Shown here: in pieces, positions 11,801 to 23,800 of the stretch | Layout: every line of letters begins with the position of its first letter | How positions within the stretch are numbered: position 1 is the first letter of the stretch | Source: Macrostomum lignano | Lineage: Eukaryota | DNA length: 31,655 bases | Assembly: GCA_002269645.1 (NCBI GenBank) | Contig: NIVC01004914.1 | Coordinates: 1 to 31,655, forward strand | Reading direction: 5' to 3' | Translations under genes and position numbers: made by a program | Notes under the pieces: generated by a model | Database searches by the model: none | Told to the model about the DNA's origin: nothing | What the model saw: only the letters and a program-made list of their open reading frames with translations

Positions 11801-14800
11801 TAGCTATCCATACGCTCGCATAGAGAGTGCTTTATGGTTTGTTTGCCACACTAATCCGTAGGATTTTGCTCAATGTGAAATTTTGAAATGCATAATTGTA
11901 CGTTAGAGAATAATAAAATTTGACAATTAAGCACTGCAAACTTCAGGAATGTACCCGGGTGGGACATGGCGGCTAGGCTGCCAACACTTCTGACTCTATG
12001 AAGGTTTGAGCTCCCAGATTTTGATATCCTTGAATTTGAAGTTAAAATAACACGTGCAAATTATAGCAAATTTAAAATCTTGGTATATGCTAGATATAGG
12101 TATAACTAGGTATAACAGACTCACTCCATTTCCTGCAGAATCCTCTCCTGGCTATCAGTAATTGACCTCGGCCGCTGATCCTCCGGTAGAATCTGGAGCC
12201 AGCTATCCGGACTGCACAGCGGCAGCAGTGACTTCGCCTGTGGTGAATGAAATTAGGCTTTTAAACTACAACAAAAAAGACACAAACTGAGGTGTTAGCA
12301 GCTCAGAGGTAGACGCCTCTGACCCTCAACCCACGATCCCTGGTTCAACTCCGTGTGCGGCCGCATTCGTTTGGGGCCTATGAACGAAAGGCACAGAGAG
12401 TGTACATGCCTGACGATCAGAAAGTCAGTGCCGCTGCACACATTGAGCGCGTGCTGGACTGCCTGCAAGTCGGCACAGCTCAAATACCCTTAATTGACAA
12501 CAGTACATTAAATTATAGAAAAAATACAATAAACCTTACCTGACTAGTTGTAAACAGAGCAGCAATGCAGTCGTCTAAAGAGCTGCAACCGCTTGTCTTC
12601 AGTGCCACGGTTCGCTTGCTGTAAGTAAAAAATCACGTAGTCCGATTGGCATAATGCCTTTTAAAAATATCTTTGCCAACTAATTGTAGTTAGTGCATAG
12701 TAATTAGTGCATAGTAGTTAGTGCATAGGTGACAATAATTAGACAGAAGAATACACCACTGTAGTTGATGATCACGGAAAAAAAATGACTAGATAGACAC
12801 ATATACTTAGTAAAACAGCTTTCTACTTTCAGTTCAGTAGCAAATAAGAATACATAAAACTATTTTATAAAGATAAAGGCAACTGAAATGACTTTGATAA
12901 GTTTAGAAGCCCAAGCTTGCAGGCGTAAACAACTTGCTAATTGGTTCAGCAACAATGTACATTAGCCAGTGCACTGAGATGTACATGGCAGCTTTAGGCT
13001 GGAATTCCGAGAGGCAATAAAAATTGGGGTGGGGCGGGGGGTAGTGTGGAAAGGCGCGCTTAGAGGGTTTAAACTGGGGGGGGGGGTAAGAGCTAATAAC
13101 TGAGCCTTGGCTTTAAAATACATTAAAATGTTTCTGTTTAACTTACTACTGAACTGAAAGTACATTACACGCAAATGTGCTGAGTGGCCTATCTAGTTTT
13201 TCGGGTCTATGAAATTTGCTAGCAGGAAATCTGCTAGCCGAAGTTTGCTAGCCGAAATGTGCTAGCCGAAATGTGCTAGCCGAAATGTGCTAGCCGAAAT
13301 GTGCTAGCCGAAATGTGCTAGCCGAAATCTGCTAGACGAAATCTGCTAGCCGAAGTTTGCTAGCCGAAATCCGCTAGCCGAAATCTGCTAGCCGAAATCT
13401 GCTAGCCGAAGTTTGCTAGCAGGAATTTTGCCAGCGAGGATTTTGCTAGCCGAAATCTGCTATCCGAAGTTTGCTAGCAGGAATTTTGCTAGCGAGGATT
13501 TTGCTAGCCGAAATCTGAAACCAAAACCGGCGAACAGCAATTTACGAAGTTATAATTTGCTAGAGACATTTTTTCTTGTCCAATTTCGCAAGAAACTTCG
13601 CAGGACTTATCATGCAGGACAAATAAATTTGCGTTTTTCGCTCTAATGACTCTCTTTATCGTGCTTATTAGCAGTGATCTTCAAATTGCAATATATAATA
13701 ATTGCCGCCTGCATTGTTGTATCGTAATATAATGCAATTAAAAATTACTAAATCAGAAATTTCTTTGTAGCTAGCACTCGTATTGTGACAGGGCTAATAG
13801 ACAGTTGTCGTTATTACGTGAAGTTATTAATTACGAATATTTATTACTAACAGTTCACTGACTTAAAGGGTGTTACTAACATGCGCTATTAATTCACTGA
13901 AAGCTCTTGCACATGCGAAAACGATTAGGTTAACGTATTTTGTGCCAGGAGGCCCACCAGTTGTTTTAATGCACTCATTCTGCGAGTATATAAATACCGT
14001 GCGCACCATTTCGAATCTGCGCTCGTTTTTTTGCCGTTGGCCCTTTGCTCTGGCCTGAGTTGCAACTTAGCCCGGACTGTGTGCTCCCGATAGTTATTGA
14101 CTTGTAAGATCGGCCCAGTGTGCCTGTTAATCTAATAGTTCATGGCTAGTTATTAGCAAACGTCAAGTCTTGGTTGAGCGCTGCTCCTAAGTACTTATAG
14201 TTAGCATAGCAAACTAAATCTTAGCTCTAACATACTGTGTTAGTAAGGACACAGGAGGCCGAGCTTATATTTGTGTTTTGTTAATTATTATTGTTAAGGT
14301 TGATTATTATTGTTTGCTGTTGCGTTAGTTTCCAACTTGCTAACTTATCGTTTAATAATTATTATTACAATTGCCAAGTTCATTAAGTTCTATTTATCCA
14401 GCTTGAGTGTTAGCTCTAATATTCAAATCTTCTTTGATAGCGGTTTTTGTCTCAGTCAATTTAATCATAGCTTCGATTGGTGGCAGCGACCTACCTTTCG
14501 TGACAATAATAGTTTTTGGGATTGAAACTGAATATCGATACATTGGGGAACTTAATTTATCAAGAAATTAGTGGCATTACTCTATCAGACCATCTCAGGG
14601 TACCGCTCTTCGGCTGGTGCAAGATAAGCAGTATTGCCTTAGGCCACATATCTGAAAGCTACCATAAGTTAGGAATATAATATTCGAGAACTCTTGTCAC
14701 TCGGGAATAGAGGGAATAATCACTCTGCTCGCTAAGAGTTCGATACCAAGAGACCCGTCTGGACTAGGTCAGACGCTGAGTCATAGTGGTCTTAAAGTGC

Positions 14801-17800
14801 CAGTGAGTTAGAGTCTACCGGAGAACAAAGACGCTAGTAACCAAGAGTCCCATAGGAGAAGTTCTATTTCCGCAACCAAGAGGCCCATAGGAAATTATAG
14901 GTCACTCGCGCCAAGAGGCCCGTCTGAGTTCCTCGCTAGGTTTATGTTCGCTGTAGACTACTAGCCAGCAGTAGCCAGTTTAGCGTCGATAGTCAGTTCG
15001 TAGCTAAATTCATAATTAACATCGTGAAGTCGCTAGAAGTTCGAATCTTTTACAATTGGTGTTCCAGCGTTGGGAGTAGTAAAGCACATTTTACTAACGA
15101 CGTCGTAAAACCGGCGATTTTGACACCTTTTACAACTGGTGGCAGCGGTGGGATTTAGAGTAGGCCAAAATTTACTTGCTTGCGTTCCTTCAACTACAAT
15201 TCTTTTATCATGGATAATCCTCTTAATAATCTTATCGAAGCTTTGACTGAGCAGCTCCACCAAAGGCTGGAGATCCGCCAACCTACTAGGCATGTTAAGA
15301 TCCAAAAATTTACTCCTAATCAGGATGTGAGGGTTTGGATTGCAGCCTTAGAGCAGAGATGTGAGATCGAAGGTATTCCTAGAGATCAATTTAAGCAGGA
15401 GATCATGTTGAACTCGGACCTTGGCACCACGTTTGCTTCGGTCAAGTGCATGAATCTGCCCGATTACTTAACTTACGAAGAATTTAAGGCTAGACTTATT
15501 GAAAGATTTGGGAAACTAGGTAGCACAGCAGAATTTAGAGAAGAATTTAGAATGAGACATCATAGGAAAACTGAGACTATTGATGAATTTGCGGACAGTT
15601 TGATCGAGCTAGCTGCTAATGCTTTTCCGCATTTCACTGAAGAACAGGTTCAGGTAGAGATCGTGGAACAGTTTATTAGGAATGCTAGGATTACTCCAGA
15701 GTCTAGGGAGAAATTGATTCTTGCTCAGGTAGCCACTCTTCAGGAAGCTAGGCGCACCTTGCGCAGAATCGAAACCGCTTTTAGTATGTCACACAAGGTC
15801 AATAAGGAGCCAGTCTGTAGAACCACTCGTAATGAAGACGAGTTAAAGTTCACTGAGTTTATGCAGCAGCAGCAAGCTGAGCTGCAGCAGCAGAGAAAGC
15901 TGCTTCAGGAGCTGTTGAACGACAGAGACGCTAGGCGTAGGTCTGAACGCTGGAGAGCTGATGACAGACAGCCGCAGCAAGCGGATCTGAGGCGTGATTA
16001 CGGGTTCCAGTACCGCCAACAGAGGGGAATGAGCCGTGACCGCCGTGATAGGAGCTCTTACCAGCGGGAGCCGAGCCAAGAGAGACGCTATTATCTGCCT
16101 CAGGCTCAAGGCGACCGTTATGCGCCGCGTGACCGACGCGAAGTGAATGCTGCAGGCCAACGCCGAAGCACTGACCAAGCTGGTCAGATGCCAACGCAGC
16201 CGCGTCAGGTAGTCTGCTTCAACTGTGGTGTACCCGGACACGTTGTCCGCGAGTGCCGCGAACCCAATCGCAATCAACCACAGGCTCCGAAGGCTGGAAG
16301 CCAGCCAAAAGTGAACTTTAGGCAGCCGGGAAACGCCGAAGGGAGGGCTGTATGAGGCAGCACCCCTCTGACGCCGAATTCCACGGGATTGATGCCTCAA
16401 ATTCTGTAAATAATGCTCATTTTAACACTAAGCCTTGCACCTTGAACACTCGCCCGACCCTGTTCAAACCGCCATTGCTTACTACTAGTGAATTTGAACC
16501 CGAATTGTTCTTCGAGCGACCCAGGACAGCGACAGATCCTTATTTGTACGCTAAGGTCGACGGAGTGAATACTTGTTTCTTACTTGATACTGGTTCAACC
16601 AGGAATCTCCTCTCAAGAAGTGCCTGGGAGAAAATCTTTGTGGGAGAGAACCGTAGGGGAATTCGCCCGAGTTCTGAACGTGTTCTGTCCTTTAGCGACG
16701 TAGATATTTAATTGTTCGGCGAGGCCGAGGCCGAAGTGCAGATAGGTGACCTCCGGGTCGAAGCGAAATTCCTTCTGTGTAAACAAGACACCGAGAATGT
16801 TCTAGGCATGGAGTTTGCACTCCGTTATTGTCAGACACTTAAATTCCCGGAGGGTGTTCTTGTCCTTAAAACAGGGGCTTGTGTCCCCATCTGCTATTCT
16901 AAGATTCCGCCACGGACCTGCAGAGTGCTCTCGACTGAGAGACTGGAGGTGCCAGCTGCTAGCGCATTGCGCGTGCCCATCAGACTGGCGAATGGCAATG
17001 AAAATAATTACGGGACCATGATGATAGTAGAGGCCTACGGAGGGGAAGTACGGACGAGTTCCGGTATCCTGGCGTGTAGCCCGGCCCTACTCACGATGAG
17101 AGATGGTACCGGAGTGATCGAAGTGGTTAACCGTTCTAATCAGGCTATTACCTTACCCAGGTCTATGGTCATTGGGGTAGCCAAGCCCTTAGCGCCGAAT
17201 GAACTTAGGTACCTGTCCGAGGACCACCAGGTCTCACGGGTGAATCACCTACAGCCCCCTAATGATGAGTGGGTTAATGAGGTAAATTTAGGCGAAGACT
17301 TGACGGAACGACAGAGAAGTGCTGTTAGACAGATCATGTTAGAATGTGGCGAGGCCTTTTCTAAGAATGACGAAGACATGGGCCTGACCCACTTGGTAAC
17401 CCATGAGATTTATTTAAAGGACCACGAGCCGGTCGGAATACCCACCCGCGTATACCGCCGCATCTTCAGGAACAGGTGGACCGCCAGATTGACGATCTCC
17501 TGGCGAAGGGGCTGATCTGGCCCACCTACTCAACGTACTCTACCCCTTTAGTTATTGTTCCTAAGAAGGACGGGTCAGTTTGCGTGGTAGCCGACTTTCG
17601 GATGCTGAATTCCAAGGTCAGTTATCATCCTTATCCCCTGCCTAATATCCAGGAAACCTTTGCCAATCTGACGGGCAGCCAGTACTTTAGCAGTCTGGAC
17701 TTGAATTCCGGGTATTGGCAGGTGCCGATAAAGGAGGAGCACCGCCACATGACGGCGTTTGCTACCTTGACTCGTGGTCAGTTCGAATGGAATGTCATGG

Positions 17801-20800
17801 CTATGGGGTTGAACAATGCTCCAGGGACATTTCAGCGCTTGATGAACATAGTCCTTGACATCCAGCACAAGTTTGCTATGAGCTATATCGATGATGTCGT
17901 CTGCTACTCGAAGAGCTTTGAGGCCCACCTGGACCATCTTAGAGAGGTTTTCAGGCGCTTGATTGCCGCCGGTCTCAAGCTCAAGCCGAGGAAGTGCAGT
18001 TTGTTTCACAAGGAGTTGAAATACTTAGGTCATGTTATTGGTCGAGATGGGATTAGGACGGACGAGACCAAGATCGAAGCGATAAAGACTTGGCCCGTAC
18101 CTAAAGACATTAAAGAGCTTCGAAGCTTTCTAGGACTCTGCAATTATTATTGCAGGTTCGTCCAGAATTATGCTGAGATAGCGTCCCCAATCTTCCAGTT
18201 GACTAAGAAAAGCTTGCAGAATTTCCGATCCAGATGGACGAATGAGCATCATGAGGCCTTCCAGAATCTTAAGGAAGCCATGACTAAGACTCCTGTGTTA
18301 GCTTTTCCTGAGTTTACCACTGACGAACAGGTGCAGTTTGTTCTTGACACCGACTCTAGCGGAACTAGGATTGGAGCCTGCTTGGGACAAATTCAGTCAG
18401 ATGGGGTAGAGCGCCGGATAGCATTTTTCAGCCGAAAAATGAAGGCTACGGAGCAACGGTACCCTATCACCCGGCAGGAACTCCTGGCCGCAGTGGAAGC
18501 CATGAAACAGTTTCGTTATTACTTAATCGGAAAGAAGTTTATCTTGAGAACGGATCACAAGGCAATTTTATGGCTGCTCAAGCAAACCGAAGCCACGGGA
18601 ATCTTGGGTAGGTGGATCGAGAGGCTGAATGAATTTCAGTTTGAGGTGCGTCATCGGAAGGGGACAAATCATGCTAATGCTGATGCATTGTCGCGCCGTC
18701 CCGAGGATGAGGAGTCCCTAATGGTGAATTACCTCTTAGGCGCATCCATGGAGGAAGAATTGATCCACCCCAGCAGCCGCCCTATAGAACAGTTTCGAAC
18801 AATCCTGCGAAGCCCCAAAAACCGGCAAATAAGGTCCCACCCAAGCCCTTGGGAGACTGCCGCAGGCACGCGCCGGATTATCACGAGTTTCCGAGACTAG
18901 AAAGTCAGAATAACATGAGTCAGCCTAGAACTGAAACTTTGCAGCCAAATGGCAAATCTAAATTGTTTTCGGAGGTAGTGAGAAATCAAAATAGTTCACG
19001 CACCCCAGGTGTGCCCTTGAACAAAGAGATTCCTCCTCCAGACAAATTCGGTCAAACAGTAAACAGTGGTAGGAAGCCCGAGAGGCCCATTCGCTTGCGC
19101 AATGAAGGACGCCGCGAATTAGTCATCCCCACTGTGCAGGCTAGGAAGAAAGGCAATGTACGCCCGAATCCCACGCAACCCCCGCGTGACAGAGAGAGAA
19201 GGGGTACAGAACGACCTCCAGCCCATCCTTAGCCAACCAATCAGCGACCATCAAATGACTTTCAATTTTTGAGCCAACAATTGACCCCTTATAATAGAAG
19301 GCAATTGAAATCTGAGCTCCCTCAAATCAATTCTCGCGCTCGCGCACCGAATTCGCCAAGCAAATTAGTCAACATACATGCGCAACAGTCGGCCGAGTCG
19401 GCCGATCCGGCCGACCGATTTGGCGGCCAACCAAGGAAGTCGCAAAAATGCCCACCCAAAAAAACACCCAAGTAGTAGTACTAAGTAGCTGACGAGGCAT
19501 TTTGGCTTAATAAGACAGTCATAGTTACTCCTGCCGTTTACCCAAAGTTGCGTTAATTTTGCTTTAGGGTTTTTTTTACGTGTAAGTCGCATTTTTGGCC
19601 AAAAACTATGTCGCATTTTGTTAAAACTAAGTCGCACGGCCGACCGAATTTTAGAGGTTGCGCATGTATGTTAGTCAAGCAGCAATCAAAGTCGCCAATT
19701 CAATCAGCTAATCAGCCATCCACTTCTCACCCGTCAAACGAAGCACAGTCTTCAACAGACAGTGAGTATGAGCAGCCTGCTCCTAATTATCTGATTACAT
19801 GGAGGGCTGATAGTGTAGTCGCTAGCTCTGACATAGATGAGTTGCTAGAGGAACCAGGCGAAAGCGCCGATGAATTAGCGCCAGCGCAGCCTGCGATTCC
19901 AGAGTCTGAACAGGCTCCAGAAAGTATAGTAGCTCCAAGCGAGACTCTAGAAGCTGCTACAGAGTTAGACAGTGAGTTATCCGCTACAGATAGTGTTGAA
20001 CAAGATTTGCATTACAACTTGCGCTACCCTGGCAAATCCTCAGCGCACTTGCTGATGGGTAAGCGGCAGTTAAAGAAATTCTTAGAAGAGAAAGACAAGA
20101 AGGCGCGTAGACGCGATAAGCGTGACCCACAGGACCCGTCTGTCTCCCGCATAAGGAACAGATTTGGTTGCCTTGACCCGTGGGTCCCAACTTAATTATT
20201 TCTTTGTTTGAACAGTGGTCCCTCTTGCACTTGCACCGCACAAATATATTTATTCAAATTATTTAGCCGTTCATTATTATTCAGTTGTCTTGTTACTTGA
20301 CACGATAATTAGTTAATTTGGTACTCTTGCTCATGTTTATTCAACTTGCTCTGTAGTGTTCTTGACTTAGACTTATGGCTAATTGTTTAATCTAGGCCTG
20401 TTGGCCCCTCGATTCTTCGCTGGCGCGTGATCTCAGGTGGGCCCTTTGGTCCGATGAGTCAGCCCAGCGCTCTCTCTATCATTTGCTGGTGGCGTGATCT
20501 CAGGCGGGCCCTTTGGTCTGATGAGTCACCCCCGCACTTTGGCTAATTTAGTCTGACCCTCTCCGAGCATACAAATTTATATACAAAATGTGCTTGTTAA
20601 TTCTATTCTTCTTAACACCTTTTAAAATGTGGCTACTTTGGTCAAGATAAATTACCGATTTTCTTTTTTTAAGTGTTTAGAAAGAGGCCGATAGCGGGCT
20701 AAAATAAAATTATAAGTGTGCCCAACAATGCAATCATAAAATGTAGACACTGGCTTTTTACAGCAATTATTTATCAGATATGGTTTTTAGTTATAAAAAG

Positions 20801-23800
20801 ATTTGGGATTTTTAACCACTTCTCTTGACTATTTTTAGCCAAAACCATGCAATACCATTGCATGGAAACAAGTCGATCTTTTGGCATGGGTTGCAAAAAA
20901 TCGGTTAAACATTTTTTTTATTTTGCAGTCGCAGACAAGGAGACACAGTAAACATTATAATTAGATATAAGATATTAACTGTGTTGCCAGTTAGTAAAAT
21001 TATAACCTAAATTTGTTGTTTATTAGCTAAATAATTCATTTTAACGTACTAGACACAGTTCTGTCTAATAGAGAATCTATATAGCGCCTGTATGCTAAAC
21101 TTTGGTGCATGGATTTCGATAAACAATGTGATATTAGTTTAGGTTAGCACTAGACATAAGGCTTTGTATTTATATGTATTTATCTAAAATCTGATGTCCC
21201 TTTATCTGATCATCCATTTATCTAAAATGGATGATTGTAATCAATTATTTTCATTATTCTATGGAAAACTTTAGACTTAGTCTTTTATTTCCTCTAAAAA
21301 TGAGCGAATTCTTTAGAAACTAGAGTAGACTATAGAGGAATAACTAATCTACAAATGCTATAAACCAATAATTAAGAGTTAAAAGTTCTAGAGTTCTTTT
21401 TATTTTACTATTCTAGAGTTCTTATGCTGTTATTGCTATTGAATAACAAATCTATAAGCTTCAGTTTACTTAGTTGCAAAATGTTGCAAATGGGCAATAG
21501 GGCATCCATATTAGCTATCATAATTGGCTATTATAAATAGGAATTTATAGTCCTATGATAAAGTAACAAAATATAATTTATAAATATATGATATTATTTG
21601 CCTTCATATTGCTATTGCTTGCTTCTCATTTTATGATTACTAAAATGACCTAGAGCTGAAGTGTAGGGGCTAAGGGTTCCGCCACATGCAGAATTACCTT
21701 AAATTACCTTAATTACCTTCAATTTGTGCAAATATACTCCTCAAAAAACTAGGTTTAGTGTTAAAGTTAGTTTTAGGATATTAAATTTATAATGCCATCT
21801 AGTTACAAAAATGTATTAATTTAAATGCAATTACATTACAGATTCATTTTGCACAATGGAAGACCATGCTCCTGTGCCAGTAGGCAGTACTATTACCATA
21901 AAAAATAAGGAAAAATTTCAAGTGATGGATTCATGTCCAAAATGGCATGAAAATCAAACAACTTCACAGCCACACCCATGGGCCGAATTGCTCCCGCTTT
22001 TTAGCCTTGGAAGCTGTGGCAAGAATGAAGCGCGAGGCTGCATCCACGCAGATTCAACAGCCAACATTATAGCCACGAATGTGGCTGGACTACCTGAGGC
22101 TGCAGGTGTTGCCTTACCAAAGGAGACCTGCTTGAAGCGAATGGTGCAAAATGTCCGCCATAAGACTCAAGACTTGCCTGTACAGCCAGAGAATCGCCAG
22201 GAGCTTGTGATTCCAAATAAAATTCAACTCCACCATGGCCATCAGTTTCTTCTGCATGACACAGGGCCACATGCGAATCGCATTTTGATTTTTGGAACTG
22301 AGGCAAACCTTGAGGCACTGCAACAAGCATCGCATTTCTTTTCTGATGGAACATTCGATGGTGCTCCCACTCTTTTTGCCCAATTATTAACAGTGCATGT
22401 AGAGCGTCCTCTCATTTTCGCACTTTTGCCAAACAAAACTCAGGACACCTACCGTCGCTTTTTCGAAATATTGCAGCAGCTTGCACCCAATCTGCATCCT
22501 ACCCATTGGATGTGTGATTTTGAACGTGCACAGAGAAATGCCATTCGTGACGTTTTTCATTTGGAGCCATCTGGTTGCTTTTTTCATCTAAGTCAATGCG
22601 TTTATCGTAAGGCTGTTTCGGAAGGGCTCAAACAGCAGTTGGAACAGGAGGATGGCGAGTTATCCTTATGGATGCGCTGTTTATCTGCCTTGGCTTTTGT
22701 TCCGACTGAGTCAGTCCCAGCAACCTTCGAGCACCTCGTTTCACTCCCGGAATTTCCGGAGGAGCTTGAGCCGGTGCGCGACTATTTTGAGGACCAATGG
22801 GTCGGCCGACCCTTGCCCAACAACCAAAGGCGGGAGCCAAGGTTCCCTCTTAGTTGCTGGAATGTGCGTCAGCGCACACTAGAAGGCCGACACCGGACTA
22901 ATAATTCTGTCGAGGCATGGCATCGTCGCCTGCAAACCCTGCTTCAGTGCTGCAAGCCACAAATCTTTAAGCTTATAAGTAGCTTAAAGAAAGAGCAAGA
23001 CTATCAACAGTGGCTTGTCCAGCGTGCTGATGCTGGTGAAGCTCCTGCTTTTCGTCTGAAGTACGCTCAAAGCAACGCAAGTGTGCTACGTATCACCCAA
23101 AGGTGGATTGATGGTGAAGGATTGCCAGCTGACTATCCAGTGCACTCATTTTTGCGTGGCATCGCTCATCACATCAAGAAATAAACCCACTTTTTTATCT
23201 TCGCTGCTAAGGAATCGCTGTTTAGCTAGGGTCTATACTCTATATTTTTCCAAGGTGACCAGCATTTTTGCAGCCGTTTTTGTTATTTTTATAATCAAAC
23301 ACTAACCAAATTTTCATTATAGCTAACTACTTATTAGCAGTGTTTTTGCATAACTAGTGTTTTTATTTTTTATGTGCTTGCCATTCCAGTTTGGATGTTT
23401 TCATACATATTAAACTTTCTAGTAACGATTTTTATTTTTACTCTTTACGTATTAAAGCAAAAAGGTAAACTAGAGAATGGGCATGAAAACTTGTGCATGA
23501 TGCATATAGTTAAATGATATAGTTGTGCATCGAATAACAGTGTGCTGATTCGATTTAGCTAATGCTGCCATGAGTCATCATACAAGCGTAGCTGCATTTT
23601 AATGCTGGATAATTAGATTCTAAGAAATAAATAATATTATATTCTACAGAGATCCCAGACAAAGCTACACGAAAGTTTAGGATGCATCAAGCATCATGCA
23701 TTTCGTTTATCAAATTTGTTTAAAATCAAAAGGAATTATGCTACGAGTACGAGCGTACGCTCGTACATTGCTACGAGCAAAGAAATGTGCATTTGCTTGT

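Larger units (their letters stand above)
13784..20570 (+). mobile_element. Ty3/Gypsy LTR retrotransposon, decayed and 3'-truncated, antisense within PMS2 intron 5
   Basis: Putative LTR, tRNA-Leu PBS, gag with CCHC, then PR-RT-RH; integrase absent and no second LTR found; right boundary approximate. Confidence 0.88.

Noticed and set aside
12295-12543. GC-richer ORF-like segment in PMS2 intron 6 as a cassette exon or nested gene
   Set aside because: Exons 6 and 7 already join in phase and match PMS2; neither strand gives a recognisable peptide, and the donors are weak
15843-18009. Minus-strand ORFs up to 185 aa over gag/pol, and plus-strand ORFs over the last PMS2 exon
   Set aside because: Antisense shadows of real coding frames with no motifs
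20505-20560. Hammerhead ribozyme suggested by CTGATGA
   Set aside because: No GAAA core or three-stem junction could be built on either strand
21638-21680. Possible MULE terminal-repeat remnant (CTAAAATGACCTAGAGCTGAAGTGTAGGGGCTAAGGGTTCC)
   Set aside because: No inverted partner or TSD found; too short to support
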